A DNA stretch of 64,000 nt from Escherichia coli (lineage in GTDB: Bacteria; Pseudomonadota; Gammaproteobacteria; Enterobacterales; Enterobacteriaceae): the NCBI RefSeq assembly GCF_013315695.1, contig NZ_CP054353.1, one strand, 5' to 3'. Shown piece by piece: positions 45,929 through 57,135 of this stretch; position 1 is the stretch's first letter; every line of letters begins with the position of its first letter. The notes beneath the pieces are model-generated. The model made no database searches. It saw only the letters and a list, made by a program, of their open reading frames with translations, and was not told the origin of the DNA. Both the position numbers and the translations under genes were made by a program.

Positions 45929-48526
45929 TTATTTTTTCCCTTCAACCCATTTGCCATCAACATAAAATGCTGACCAGCCAGTCGCCTTTCCGTCTTTTTC
46001 CGAAGAGACATATTGCTGTTTGGTTTTACGGCTAAAGCGAACCATGGTCTTATTACCTTCCGGATCCTGCTGTGGCGCATCGGCCAGATAACGCAGTTTT
46101 TCCGGCAGACGGTCGCGGAAGCGATAAAGCTCTTCCACCAGTGGCGCACGTGTTTCACGCGATTTCGGGAAGGTATTGGCCGCCAGGAACACACCGGCAG
46201 CACCGTCACGCAGCACGAAATAAGCATCTGATTTTTCGCACGGCAGCTCAGGTAATGGCACCGGATCTTCTTTCGGTGGTGCCACTTCGCCGTTACGTAA
46301 AATCTTACGTGTGTTTTTACACTCTTCGTTGGTGCAGGCCATGTATTTACCGAAACGGCCCATTTTCAGGTGCATTTCAGAGCCACATTTTTCACACTCA
46401 ACGATCGGGCCGTCATAACCTTTAATGCGGAATTCGCCCTCTTCGATCTCGTAACCGTCGCAGGTTGGGTTATTACCACAGACATGCAACTTACGTTTCG
46501 GATCGATGAGATAGCTGTCCATCGCCGTGCCGCATTTCGGGCAACGACGTTTTGCGCGCAGCGCGTTGGTTTCAGCGTCTTCGCCTTCCAGCACGTTCAG
46601 CACTTCGTTTTCCGGCACCAGGTTAATGGTGGTTTTGCAACGCTCTTTCGGCGGCAGCGCATAACCAGAACAGCCAAGGAATACCCCGGTGCTCGCTGTG
46701 CGAATCCCCATTTTGCGACCACAAGTCGGGCAGTCAATGCTGGTCAGAACCATCTGGTTCGGGCGCATACCACCCTCTTCCGGATCTTTTTCAGCTTTAT
46801 CTAACTGCTGAGTGAAATCCGAGAAGAAGTGATCCAGTACAGCTTTCCACTCTGCTTCGTGATTGGCCACCTGGTCGAGGCTGTTTTCCATCTGCGCAGT
46901 AAAGTCGTAGTTCATTAACTCGCGGAAATTCTCTTCCAGGCGATCGGTGACGATTTCGCCCATTTTTTCCGCATAGAAACGACGATTTTCTACTCGCACA
47001 TAGCCACGATCCTGAATGGTCGAAATGATCGACGCATAGGTAGAAGGACGACCGATACCGCGTTTTTCCAGCTCTTTGACCAGCGATGCTTCACTGAAAC
47101 GGGCTGGAGGCTTGGTAAAGTGCTGGGCTGGTGTCAGTTCAACGAGCGTCAGAGCATCGCCTTTATCGACTGCCGGTAAGATACGATCTTCATCGCCTTT
47201 ACGCAGTGCAGGCATCACTTTCGTCCAGCCATCAAAGCGTAAAATACGACCGCGTGCTTTCAGGCGGAAATCGCCCGCACCAACGGTCAGCGTCGTGGAG
47301 TCATATTTCGCTGGGGTCATCTGGCAGGCTACGAACTGACGCCAGATTAACTGGTACAGTTTCTGCGCATCTGCTTCCATATCCTTCAACGATTCCGCCA
47401 TCACATTGACGTCAGAAGGACGAATCGCTTCGTGCGCTTCCTGTGAGTTTTCTTTGCTGGCGTACTGATTCGGACTTTCCGGCAGATATTTCTTACCAAA
47501 ATTATCGCTGATATAACCGCGAACCATATTTACCGCGTCCTGACTCAGGTTAGTGGAGTCGGTACGCATGTAAGTGATATAGCCTGCTTCATACAAACGC
47601 TGCGCCATCATCATGGTTTTTTTCACGCCAAATCCAAGACGGGTGCTGGCAGCTTGTTGCAGCGTAGAGGTAATAAAAGGAGCGCCAGGTTTACTGGTTG
47701 TCGGTTTGTCTTCACGTTCCAGCACGCTGTAGCGCGCTTTTTCCAGCAGACTTACCGCAGCCTGAGTTTGTTCTTTGTTGACCGGACGGAACGGTTTGTC
47801 GTTCTGATGAGTCACCTGTAACGCCAACGCTTCACCAGATGGCGTGGTCGTGCTGGCATCGACTTCCCAGAACTCTTCCGGCACGAACGCTTTAATTTCA
47901 CGCTCACGCTCGACCACCAGGCGGACCGCCACCGACTGCACACGACCGGCAGACAGACCACGAGCGATCTTTTTCCATAGCAGCGGCGAAACCATATACC
48001 CCACCACGCGGTCCATAAAGCGACGCGCCTGCTGGGCATTAACACGATCAATATTCAGCTCACCCGGTTTGTTAAATGCCTGGCGGATCGCGTTTTTAGT
48101 AATTTCGTTAAACACCACTCGGCTATAGCGCGCATCATCACCACCAATCACTTCCCGCAGGTGCCATGCAATGGCTTCCCCTTCGCGGTCAAGGTCGGTT
48201 GCGAGATAGATGTGGTCGGCTTTTTCAGCCAGTTGTTTCAGTTCAGAGACGACCTTCTCTTTACCAGGCAACACTTCATAGTGCGCCTCCCAATTGTGCC
48301 ACGGGTCAACCCCCATACGGTTGACGAGAGCGCCACGTTCATCCTTTTTAGGCTTTTTAGCCGTCTTGGTGGAGGTAGAGTCGGCACTCTTTTTGGCAGC
48401 TGAGCCACTGGTCGGCAAATCGCGGATGTGACCGACGCTGGATTTCACCACGTAGTCACTACCCAGATACTTGTTGATCGTTTTGGCTTTTGCCGGGGAC
48501 TCAACGATGACAAGAGCTTTACCCAT
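45929..48526 (-). CDS. topA: DNA topoisomerase I
   Basis: ORF 45929..48568; start chosen at [22 protein letters not shown] (865 aa); C-terminal zinc ribbons. Confidence 0.95.
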   Translation of the reverse strand: MGKALVIVESPAKAKTINKYLGSDYVVKSSVGHIRDLPTSGSAAKKSADSTSTKTAKKPKKDERGALVNRMGVDPWHNWEAHYEVLPGKEKVVSELKQLAEKADHIYLATDLDREGEAIAWHLREVIGGDDARYSRVVFNEITKNAIRQAFNKPGELNIDRVNAQQARRFMDRVVGYMVSPLLWKKIARGLSAGRVQSVAVRLVVEREREIKAFVPEEFWEVDASTTTPSGEALALQVTHQNDKPFRPVNKEQTQAAVSLLEKARYSVLEREDKPTTSKPGAPFITSTLQQAASTRLGFGVKKTMMMAQRLYEAGYITYMRTDSTNLSQDAVNMVRGYISDNFGKKYLPESPNQYASKENSQEAHEAIRPSDVNVMAESLKDMEADAQKLYQLIWRQFVACQMTPAKYDSTTLTVGAGDFRLKARGRILRFDGWTKVMPALRKGDEDRILPAVDKGDALTLVELTPAQHFTKPPARFSEASLVKELEKRGIGRPSTYASIISTIQDRGYVRVENRRFYAEKMGEIVTDRLEENFRELMNYDFTAQMENSLDQVANHEAEWKAVLDHFFSDFTQQLDKAEKDPEEGGMRPNQMVLTSIDCPTCGRKMGIRTASTGVFLGCSGYALPPKERCKTTINLVPENEVLNVLEGEDAETNALRAKRRCPKCGTAMDSYLIDPKRKLHVCGNNPTCDGYEIEEGEFRIKGYDGPIVECEKCGSEMHLKMGRFGKYMACTNEECKNTRKILRNGEVAPPKEDPVPLPELPCEKSDAYFVLRDGAAGVFLAANTFPKSRETRAPLVEELYRFRDRLPEKLRYLADAPQQDPEGNKTMVRFSRKTKQQYVSSEKDGKATGWSAFYVDGKWVEGKK

Positions 48527-48905
48527 ATTCACCTTACCTAATTTGATTCTTCCAGGAATGCGTCGCACGTTGATAAACCTTCCACTGGCAACGAGTTACC
48601 GATATGGACTCGCTCTCTGCGGATATCAACCCCTTGTCGTGACTCTGTTCACGAAAATTCAGGTGACTGAGTTAACAGGTCTTGGCCTACAGGCGCTATA
48701 GCACGACGGAATTTTGGTCGAATGTCAAGCAAATCTATTGCCAGATTGACGAAAGCGTCACACTGTACCTGATAAAATCCGATACGCAACTTTATTAGCA
48801 TGCAAAATCCAAAGTTGCCAGTAAGGCGCTCTTGCCACCAGCGTGGTATATTTGTCTGCAAGCCATGCCTGGCGTAGACTAATGTCCTTGTTTAAGGAGT
48901 AAATA

Positions 48906-49157
48906 ATGAACAAAGAGACACAACCCATCGACCGCGAGACGCTGTTGAAAGAGGCCAACAAAATCATTCGTGAGCATGAGGATACGCTCGCAGGGATTGA
49001 AGCCACCGGCGTCACGCAGCGTAATGGCGTGCTGGTATTTACCGGCGACTACTTTTTAGATGAACAAGGATTGCCAACAGCCAAAAGCACCGCGGTGTTT
49101 AATATGTTCAAACACCTGGCCCATGTGCTTTCAGAAAAATATCACCTGGTTGATTAA
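48906..49157 (+). CDS. yciN: Small protein of unknown function
   Basis: 83-aa [31 protein letters not shown]... between topA and sohB. Confidence 0.85.
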
Positions 49158-49192
49158 AGCAAAACGCGAGGTCTTAGCCTCGCGTTTGTCTT

Positions 49193-50242
49193 TTACATCA
49201 ATGGCTTTTGACCCCGCTGCCACCAGCGTAACAACAATCGATCGGCGCTCTCTGCCGCGCTGCCGGTGAATCGGTCAATGAGTCGTTTACGTTGCATATA
49301 GCGTACATTGACCACTTCACGGCCTTCCATCAGGCTAAGAATAACTTCATCACTGGTGTTGATTTCATCAACCAGGCCTTTCTCTACCGCCTGTTGTCCG
49401 TACCAGTGTTCACCCGTTGCCACCTGTTCAATATCCAGAGACGGACGCATACGCTTCACAAAATCTTTAAATAACTGATGCGTTTCGTTCAGCTCTTCGC
49501 GGAATTTCTCCCGCCCTTCTTCGGTGTTTTCACCCAGCAAGGTCAGCGTGCGCTTATACTGCCCGGCGGTGTGCAGTTCGATATCAATATCTTTGCTTTT
49601 CAGGAAGCGGTTAAAGTTGGGCATTTGTGCCACCACGCCAATGGAACCCACAATAGCAAACGGTGCGGAAACAATTTTGTCCGCCACACAGGCCATCATG
49701 TAACCGCCGCTGGCAGCGACTTTGTCTACCGTAACAGTTAAAGGAATGTTTTTATCACGCAGACGCTGCAGCTGCGAAGCCGCCAACCCGTAACCATGCA
49801 CCATGCCACCAGGGCTTTCCAGACGGAGCACAACCTGATCCTGCGGTTTGAATGCTGCGAGTACCGCCGTTATCTCTTCACGTAGCGAGTTCACTTCATG
49901 GGCGTCCATGCTGCCTTTAAAATCCAGCACCCAGACGCGAGGTTTACTGTCAGTTGCCATCTCGCCCAGTTTGGCTTTCGCTTTTGCTGCTTTCGCTTCT
50001 TGCTTGTGCTTTTTCTTCTGCGCTTTGTGCCACTGTTTTTGCTGATGTGAGTCCATCAGCGCCGCGGCCAGTTCTTCTTTCATCTCCTTATACTGTTCGC
50101 TGAGATTGTTGACCCGTAACTCGCCACGCTGGCGTTTATTACGTTGAGCAACATTGACTATAATGGCGGCAATCGCCGCAATCGCTAGCACAACGGTAAC
50201 GATTTTCGCCAAAAACAAACCATATTCAGACAACAATTCCAC
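49193..50242 (-). CDS. sohB: Inner-membrane peptidase, S49 (SppA-like) family
   Basis: 349-aa ORF MELLSEYGLFLAKIVTVVLAIAAIAAIIVNVAQRNK... Confidence 0.9.
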   Translation of the reverse strand: MELLSEYGLFLAKIVTVVLAIAAIAAIIVNVAQRNKRQRGELRVNNLSEQYKEMKEELAAALMDSHQQKQWHKAQKKKHKQEAKAAKAKAKLGEMATDSKPRVWVLDFKGSMDAHEVNSLREEITAVLAAFKPQDQVVLRLESPGGMVHGYGLAASQLQRLRDKNIPLTVTVDKVAASGGYMMACVADKIVSAPFAIVGSIGVVAQMPNFNRFLKSKDIDIELHTAGQYKRTLTLLGENTEEGREKFREELNETHQLFKDFVKRMRPSLDIEQVATGEHWYGQQAVEKGLVDEINTSDEVILSLMEGREVVNVRYMQRKRLIDRFTGSAAESADRLLLRWWQRGQKPLM

Positions 50243-50461
50243 GAGTCCCCACCTTGGTTAAACAACGCTTTGGCTCACAGTTTACAACAGGCATGTTAAG
50301 CCGTCTCGCAGAGATGTTATTGCAGCGAAAGTATGACAAAGTATCCATTTTGCGGTGTTATCGCCCCAGGCTGATTGAAATGCCCTTCTGTTTCAGGCAT
50401 AAAGCCCCAAAGTCTTAAAGTACACTGGCAGCGCGACAGACAACGTCGTTGAGGAGTAGCC

Positions 50462-51220
50462 ATGCATTACCAGCCAAAACAAGATTTACTCAATGATCGC
50501 ATTATCCTGGTGACGGGAGCCAGCAATGGTATTGGTCGTGAAGCCGCGATGACGTATGCACGCTATGGTGCGACAGTGATTCTGTTGGGCCGTAATGAAG
50601 AAAAATTACGTCAGGTAGCCAGCCACATAAACGAAGAAACTGGGCGTCAGCCACAGTGGTTTATTCTCGATTTGCTGACCTGCACGTCCGAAGATTGCCA
50701 ACAACTGGCACAGCGCATTGCCGTTAATTATCCGCGTCTGGATGGTGTTTTGCATAATGCCGGATTGCTCGGCGATGTTTGCCCAATGAGCGAACAAAAT
50801 CCGCAGGTCTGGCAGGACGTCATGCAGGTCAACGTTAATGCCACCTTTATGCTCACCCAGGCACTGCTTCCTTTATTACTCAAATCGGACGCCGGTTCAC
50901 TGGTCTTTACTTCATCAAGCGTTGGACGTCAGGGGCGTGCAAACTGGGGCGCTTATGCAGCGTCGAAATTTGCCACCGAAGGGATGATGCAGGTACTGGC
51001 CGATGAATATCAGCAGCGCCTGCGCGTCAACTGCATTAACCCAGGCGGTACGCGCACCGCAATGCGTGCCAGCGCCTTCCCGACCGAAGATCCACAGAAA
51101 CTTAAAACACCCGCTGATATCATGCCGCTCTACCTCTGGCTGATGGGCGATGACAGCCGCCGTAAAACCGGCATGACCTTTGACGCCCAACCGGGCCGTA
51201 AACCAGGAATTTCCCAATGA
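50462..51220 (+). CDS. yciK: Short-chain dehydrogenase/reductase
   Basis: 252-aa ORF; Rossmann TGASNGIGREAA; stop overlaps btuR start. Confidence 0.9.
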   Translation: MHYQPKQDLLNDRIILVTGASNGIGREAAMTYARYGATVILLGRNEEKLRQVASHINEETGRQPQWFILDLLTCTSEDCQQLAQRIAVNYPRLDGVLHNAGLLGDVCPMSEQNPQVWQDVMQVNVNATFMLTQALLPLLLKSDAGSLVFTSSSVGRQGRANWGAYAASKFATEGMMQVLADEYQQRLRVNCINPGGTRTAMRASAFPTEDPQKLKTPADIMPLYLWLMGDDSRRKTGMTFDAQPGRKPGISQ

Positions 51221-51807
51221 GTGATGAACGCTACCAACAGCGTCAGCAGCGAGTGAAAGAAAAAGTCGATGCTCGTGTGGCCCAGGCCCAGGATGAACGC
51301 GGTATTATCATCGTCTTTACCGGCAATGGAAAAGGCAAAACCACCGCGGCATTTGGTACGGCAACACGCGCAGTTGGTCACGGAAAAAAAGTGGGCGTCG
51401 TGCAGTTTATTAAAGGCACCTGGCCTAATGGCGAACGAAATCTGCTGGAGCCGCATGGCGTTGAGTTTCAGGTAATGGCAACGGGCTTTACCTGGGATAC
51501 GCAGAATCGCGAGTCGGATACCGCCGCCTGCCGTGAAGTCTGGCAACATGCCAAACGGATGTTGGCAGATCCCTCACTGGATATGGTTTTGCTCGATGAG
51601 CTGACTTATATGGTCGCGTATGACTATTTGCCACCTGAAGAAGTGATTCAGGCGTTAAATGAACGTCCACATCAGCAAACCGTCATTATTACGGGTCGAG
51701 GCTGTCATCGGGATATACTCGAACTGGCGGATACGGTAAGTGAGTTACGCCCCGTGAAACATGCGTTTGATGCTGGCGTAAAAGCACAGATAGGGATTGA
51801 TTACTAA
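51217..51807 (+). CDS. btuR: Cob(I)yrinic acid a,c-diamide adenosyltransferase
   Basis: 196-aa ORF MSDERYQQRQQRVKEKVDARVAQAQDERGIIIVFTGNGKGKTTAAFG... (P-loop). Confidence 0.95.
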   Translation: MSDERYQQRQQRVKEKVDARVAQAQDERGIIIVFTGNGKGKTTAAFGTATRAVGHGKKVGVVQFIKGTWPNGERNLLEPHGVEFQVMATGFTWDTQNRESDTAACREVWQHAKRMLADPSLDMVLLDELTYMVAYDYLPPEEVIQALNERPHQQTVIITGRGCHRDILELADTVSELRPVKHAFDAGVKAQIGIDY

Positions 51808-51812
51808 GTGAA

Positions 51813-51843
51813 AGCACCTCAAAAGATTGCCTCTTGAGGTGCT
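51813..51843. terminator. Hairpin between convergent btuR and island gene
   Basis: agcacctcaa-aagattgcctc-ttgaggtgct, 10-bp arms, 6 nt after the btuR stop. Confidence 0.6.
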
Positions 51844-51859
51844 TTAATCATAATTATAT

Positions 51860-52168
51860 TCAAGCGGCAATAGCAAAATTCAGAATGCGTATAATCTCAT
51901 TGAAATGTCTCTGATATGTTTCATGATTCTCAGCGTCAACATCTTCAATAAATAATATCAGTTCAGTAATTAGCGCATTAGCATCGTCATAATTTATCCC
52001 TGCTAACTCTGGCGAAGTTTCAGTACCATAGTTAATCGTCAGGTTGTTCATAACTGTGAGGATATGGATAAAATATTTATGACAAACATTACATGTGGTT
52101 TTATTGCCCAGGGTATTATACAGCATATCAAGTAATGCCAGTATTCTACGATTTTGCACATCGTTCAT
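51860..52168 (-). CDS. Hypothetical 102-aa protein, no signal peptide; translationally coupled to upstream lipoprotein gene
   Basis: ORF MNDVQNRRILALLDMLYNTLGNKTTC...; AGGAGG RBS 7 nt upstream overlaps the TAG stop of the lipoprotein gene; low-GC codon usage. Confidence 0.7.
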   Translation of the reverse strand: MNDVQNRRILALLDMLYNTLGNKTTCNVCHKYFIHILTVMNNLTINYGTETSPELAGINYDDANALITELILFIEDVDAENHETYQRHFNEIIRILNFAIAA

Positions 52169-53143
52169 AAAAAGCCTCCTATAACATTATTCCGCTGGCA
52201 ATAAGTAATTTTGCCAGCCCCTCAGACGCCTTTAACCCACTAATGACCTGTGCGCGCAATATCTCATTTAACCTTTTTTGTTCAGCTGCCGTGCGTGTTT
52301 TATTAACATATAAATTATTCAGATAATCACCCTTATCTATAAAGGCATTTAAAGCCTCAATTGCGGGCATGGCAGGTGCCGATGCCTGTAGCCTGGTTTC
52401 ATTCACATTGATTACTGAACTTAGAAACTCCTTCCTGTTTTTCAGAGTGTTAAACTCTGTATTCTTAGCGTTTTTAGATGCCGTACTATAATAAAACATA
52501 TTATCATGCACATTCGCAAAGGTATAATTTTCAATCTTATTGCTTTTTGTATAAATATCATTACGCAAAACTGTCATGTTCCCTATAAGTCTTACCCAGT
52601 TTTCATCTACCGTTTTGCCTATTTTTCCAGAATTGACTTTTATTATATATAACTCATTGAAATAATTTACCAAATCTTTAACCGCTGCTGCAGATTGTGC
52701 TAAATCTTTGCTATGTGAAATACCAAGTAGTGTTTGTGCGTTATTTGCGTGATCCAGAGCCTGTTTAAGTAATGCCACTTGCTGACTTTCTGTCGTTGCC
52801 ATGTCCTCATTCAGAAGTTCTACATAAGCGCTCATGCTATTAATGACTTCCATTGAAGCCAGTAATTTTTCTTTCTCGAAAGTGACTAATTGTACTTTTT
52901 TTGTATTTGGCCCAGGGCGCTGGCATAATTTTCCGCCATTACCATCACCGCCTATATCTATGGTATAATCAGGTCGCAATGCACAATCCGGATTAGTCGC
53001 ATAAAAATTAACAAGGAAGTTTTCACGAGAAGCATAGTATTGTTTAAAGAAACTTGCATTCGCCGCAACCGCCTTGTTACCCGCAGTAATAACAGTTTCA
53101 GCTTGTTCATTCTTCAATGCTTCGGTTGCACAACCTGAAAGCA

Positions 53144-53152
53144 TTAACAGCG
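53144..53152. repeat. IS1 target-site duplication, left copy (TTAACAGCG)
   Basis: 9-bp direct repeat immediately flanking IS1. Confidence 0.9.
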
Positions 53153-53207
53153 GGTGATGCTGCCAACTTACTGATTTAGTGTATGATGGTGTTTTTGAGG
53201 TGCTCCA

Positions 53208-53483
53208 GTGGCTTCTGTTTCTATCAGCTGTCCCTCCTGTTCAGCTACTGACGGGGTGGTGCGTAACGGCAAAAGCACCGCCGGACATCAGCGCTATCTC
53301 TGCTCTCACTGCCGTAAAACATGGCAACTGCAGTTCACTTACACCGCTTCTCAACCCGGTACGCACCAGAAAATCATTGATATGGCCATGAATGGCGTTG
53401 GATGCCGGGCAACAGCCCGCATTATGGGCGTTGGCCTCAACACGATTTTACGTCACTTAAAAAACTCAGGCCGCAGTCGGTAA
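53208..53483 (+). CDS. insA: IS1 InsA
   Basis: 91-aa [46 protein letters not shown]... Confidence 0.95.
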
Positions 53484-53905
53484 CCTCGCGCATACAGCCG
53501 GGCAGTGACGTCATCGTCTGCGCGGAAATGGACGAACAGTGGGGCTATGTCGGGGCTAAATCGCGCCAGCGCTGGCTGTTTTACGCGTATGACAGGCTCC
53601 GGAAGACGGTTGTTGCGCACGTATTCGGTGAACGCACTATGGCGACGCTGGGGCGTCTTATGAGCCTGCTGTCACCCTTTGACGTGGTGATATGGATGAC
53701 GGATGGCTGGCCGCTGTATGAATCCCGCCTGAAGGGAAAGCTGCACGTAATCAGCAAGCGATATACGCAGCGAATTGAGCGGCATAACCTGAATCTGAGG
53801 CAGCACCTGGCACGGCTGGGACGGAAGTCGCTGTCGTTCTCAAAATCGGTGGAGCTGCATGACAAAGTCATCGGGCATTATCTGAACATAAAACACTATC
53901 AATAA
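53402..53905 (+). CDS. insB: IS1 InsB reading frame (made as InsAB' by -1 frameshift at A6C 53459-53465)
   Basis: 167-aa ORF ...[45 protein letters not shown]...; TTAAAAAACTC slippery site inside insA 3' end. Confidence 0.9.
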
Positions 53906-53920
53906 GTTGGAGTCATTACC

Positions 53921-53929
53921 TTAACAGCG
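53921..53929. repeat. IS1 target-site duplication, right copy (TTAACAGCG)
   Basis: Identical 9-mer to 53144-53152. Confidence 0.9.
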
Positions 53930-54087
53930 ATAGAAATATTCCACTATATCTAATCATAACCCACCTCTTGACGTTGAGTTTATCTCAGATAATTAAATAG
54001 TAATGTGGCTATTTCCTGGTAATATTCATAAGCAAGTATGAAATTAAATTAAAATACTGCGACTATTTATCATACTTCAAATGAAGA

Positions 54088-54110
54088 AAAGGCCCCGCAG
54101 GGCCTTTATT
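54088..54110 (-). terminator. Rho-independent terminator downstream of rluB
   Basis: aaaaggccc-cgca-gggccttt with flanking A/T runs. Confidence 0.7.
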
Positions 54111-54126
54111 TTATACTTAACTTAAA

Positions 54127-55002
54127 TTAACCGTTATTATTACGTCCGCCAGAACGACGACCGCCGCTCACCTGACTGTGACGTTTCACCGCACGACGAA
54201 TCTGATTCGCCTTCATGCGACGACGGTCTTTTTCTACAGCGACTTTAGAGCTGGTTTCTGGCGGTAGCTCCACCAGTTCGCGCAGATAGTTAGTCTGGGC
54301 GAGGTCCAGCTCCGTCCAGCCACCGCGTGGCAGACCTTTTGGCAGTGGGATATCACCGTAACGAACACGGATCAGGCGGCTCACCTGCACACCAACCGCT
54401 TCCCAAAGACGACGAACTTCACGGTTACGGCCTTCGGTCAGAGTAACGTTGTACCACTGGTTGATCCCTTCGCCGCCGCTGAACTTGATGGTTTTAAAGG
54501 CTGCCGGACCATCTTCCAACTGCACGCCACGACTCAAATCACGCAGTTTCGCGTCGTCAACCTGACCAAATACACGCACGGCATATTCACGTTCAACTTC
54601 ACGGCTTGGGTGCATTAAACGGTTTGCCAGTTCACCATCGGTGGTGAACAGCAGCAGACCACAGGTATTAACGTCCAGGCGCCCCACGGCAATCCAGCGT
54701 GCGCCACGCAGTTTTGGCAGACGGTCAAACACCGTTGGACGTCCTTCCGGATCGTTACGGGTACACAACTCACCTTCCGGTTTGTAATAGGCCAGAACGC
54801 GACAAATTTGTTCAGCGGACTCACGTACCGAAATCAGGTGACCATCGATACGGATTTTCAATCCAGGGGTAACTTCAACGCGATCGCCGAGTTTAGCAAT
54901 TTTGCCATCAACACTCACACGACCGGCTTCAATAATAGATTCGATTTCACGGCGAGAGCCGTGGCCGGCACGCGCCAGCACTTTCTGTAGCTTTTCGCTC
55001 AT
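54127..55002 (-). CDS. rluB: 23S rRNA pseudouridine synthase B
   Basis: 291-aa [37 protein letters not shown]... (S4 + RsuA-family domains; Arg/Gly-rich C-tail). Confidence 0.95.
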
Positions 55003-55212
55003 AGAGCTTCCTTTTGGTGTCGCCTTCCCAGGCGTCTGATATGCTTTTGTGCAACAGTGAGTCAGAATTTACATCTGACTCACTGATAGTAAAGTCTGTT
55101 TGAACTCTTCAGGCCTTAAGTAAACGACTCGACGTTTATCGGCCTGGCTTTGAGGCGCAACATACTACACTATCTTTATGGTTAAAGCTTGTTTCGATTA
55201 ACATCAGCTTAA

Positions 55213-57108
55213 TTACCAGCCACCACCGCCTCCGCCACCCGCCCCGCCGCCAGCACCACCACCGGAATAACTTCGCCCCAACAAACTGGTATTGGCCCCC
55301 AGGCTCAGGTGCATCTGTAATGAAAACAAAACGCCACTACGGGCAATTTCCGGGGCGTGAACAGCCGCTGTGAGTGATGGGGTGATACGTGCTGCCCATT
55401 CTTTTCCAAGGTTTGCCGAGACTGCCCAACCTAGCAACGCGTAATCCAGTTTCCGTGTTTCCCCTTTCCGCCGCCGCCCACTGTGTGTTGCTGCCTCTTT
55501 ACGCGCAAGATAGTTAACGATAGCTTCACCGTGGGCATAACGTTGCTGCCCAGTTTGGGTAAACTTTGGCAGAAAAATATACCCCATGCCAGTGAGATAA
55601 CCGGTCAGGAAAACAGCGCTAAAATAACCCGCTGGCATATACCAGTAAAAGAATACATCTCCGACATTGATATAGAGAGAATAAAAGGCCACGCCTGAAC
55701 AAATCAGCGGTAAAAACAAAGTGATGATTACACGATTAACGCAAGGCTTGTCATCATCGCGGACAAACAAAAGCTCAAGGGAACAAAATAAAAAAGGAAG
55801 AAGCCAGCAGATCATAATAAACATATCGCCAACCAGACTCATTCCTGCCCAACCTACGGGACTCAGGTTACCGTAGAGAATGACCGCCAATATCGCCATT
55901 CCGCCCCATTGCAAAAACGTATCTGGTCGATAAAACGAAGACTTTTTACGCGGCAGATAAAATTTCTGCATCCGTAAAAATGCCCTGCGTAAGACTCTGT
56001 TGCGTCTCCCCGTAAGAACGACCTTATCGCCTTTACGAAATAACGCTTCCAGTAATAACTGCTCTGCGGGCAGTAATACCGCATTATTTCTGGTCGCGCC
56101 TTCATTAACACAAATCAGGATTTGCTGGTTCTTGTCATACTGATCTTCCAGATGAATTTTTCCTTTAACAATCAGATTTACGATATCGGCACAAAAACCT
56201 TTATCGTCGTAAACCAGCTTCGCATCGAGACGTAACATGCCGGGTGTGTAATCTGGCGGAATGACATCGGTTTCAATCACATCTACCGGCGTAAATTGCG
56301 GCCTGCGCTTCCAGAGATATAACCATCCACACGCCAGGAAGAGACACGGAAACCAAATTAACAACGATGACGTAGAGGGTAAAAGAAGATGGCTGAAAAT
56401 ATTCGTCGTTTGTGGTGCCGGGGCATTACCAAGTAAAGCGTGAGGCCAGCGGTAGAGGACCGTGAAATCTTCACGATAAAACGGATCGCGGGATTCAATT
56501 CTTCCGTCCTCAAGGATGCGGCCATTTCGATATGTGTCGCCCTCTTCTCCAGTAAAGAGATCGATTTCGCTAAATGGATTACCCGCAATATCAGGCAACT
56601 TGAGTGAAAATAGGGTCTTATAAATTTCAAACGGCCAGTGGTTACCGGTCACGTTCCAGATTAGCAGATCAGAATCCCCTTCACGCAGGAAAGCATTTTT
56701 AACCTGATAATGAATTTGATAATGATAGTCGCCTTGAGGCAAGAAACGTTGTTTATCGCCCACGACAATACTCATTAACCCGATATGCCAGTCAAGATGC
56801 CAGGGTTCAGGAATACCATCACGGGTGACGCCAACAATATGATAGTTCAGCAGTGCAGCGTCCCCATCAGGCTGCATCCAGAGTCGTGGTAAATCACGAT
56901 AAAATCCGTGCTTAATCTGCTGATTTCGCGCCTGAAAATGAATATTTTCTTTGATGTCGAGCACCCCATCCGGTTGCAGAGTGGCTTCAACATCAAAGAG
57001 AGAGATCCCTTCTTCATAAGAAGGGATCTCCGTGTTTTTCGCATAACTCAACGAAGAGAAAAAAAGCCCAACTATCAACAGCAAAATGCAGCGAAACTTC
57101 CCTGCCAT
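55213..57108 (-). CDS. yciQ: DUF2207-family membrane protein with Gly-rich C-terminus
   Basis: 631-aa ORF with signal peptide and multiple TMS; ends ...SGGGAGGGAGGGGGGGW. Confidence 0.85.
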   Translation of the reverse strand: MAGKFRCILLLIVGLFFSSLSYAKNTEIPSYEEGISLFDVEATLQPDGVLDIKENIHFQARNQQIKHGFYRDLPRLWMQPDGDAALLNYHIVGVTRDGIPEPWHLDWHIGLMSIVVGDKQRFLPQGDYHYQIHYQVKNAFLREGDSDLLIWNVTGNHWPFEIYKTLFSLKLPDIAGNPFSEIDLFTGEEGDTYRNGRILEDGRIESRDPFYREDFTVLYRWPHALLGNAPAPQTTNIFSHLLLPSTSSLLIWFPCLFLACGWLYLWKRRPQFTPVDVIETDVIPPDYTPGMLRLDAKLVYDDKGFCADIVNLIVKGKIHLEDQYDKNQQILICVNEGATRNNAVLLPAEQLLLEALFRKGDKVVLTGRRNRVLRRAFLRMQKFYLPRKKSSFYRPDTFLQWGGMAILAVILYGNLSPVGWAGMSLVGDMFIMICWLLPFLFCSLELLFVRDDDKPCVNRVIITLFLPLICSGVAFYSLYINVGDVFFYWYMPAGYFSAVFLTGYLTGMGYIFLPKFTQTGQQRYAHGEAIVNYLARKEAATHSGRRRKGETRKLDYALLGWAVSANLGKEWAARITPSLTAAVHAPEIARSGVLFSLQMHLSLGANTSLLGRSYSGGGAGGGAGGGGGGGW

Positions 57109-57135
57109 AGTCTTCCATCCGTGGAACGCAATTTG

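Larger units (their letters stand above)
53153..53920 (+). mobile_element. IS1 insertion sequence, complete (768 bp)
   Basis: Ends GGTGATGCTGCCAACTTACTGAT... and ...ATCAATAAGTTGGAGTCATTACC; encodes InsA and InsB; A6C frameshift motif present; flanked by 9-bp TSD. Confidence 0.95.
52179..53957 (-). pseudogene. 333-aa lipoprotein of unknown function, interrupted by IS1 within the signal-peptide codons
   Basis: With IS1 and one TSD copy removed, the minus strand reads AAGAGGTG RBS then ATG (53957) MIRYSGIFLSLLMLSGCATEALK... (lipobox LSGC) through to stop at 52179. The ORF-track remnant 52179..53144 starts at the internal Met of MLSGC. Confidence 0.75.

Noticed and set aside
48649..49015. Minus-strand ORFs 48649..48861 and 48758..49015 upstream of topA
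   Set aside because: They overlap the topA promoter region and the yciN gene on the opposite strand, with no RBS.
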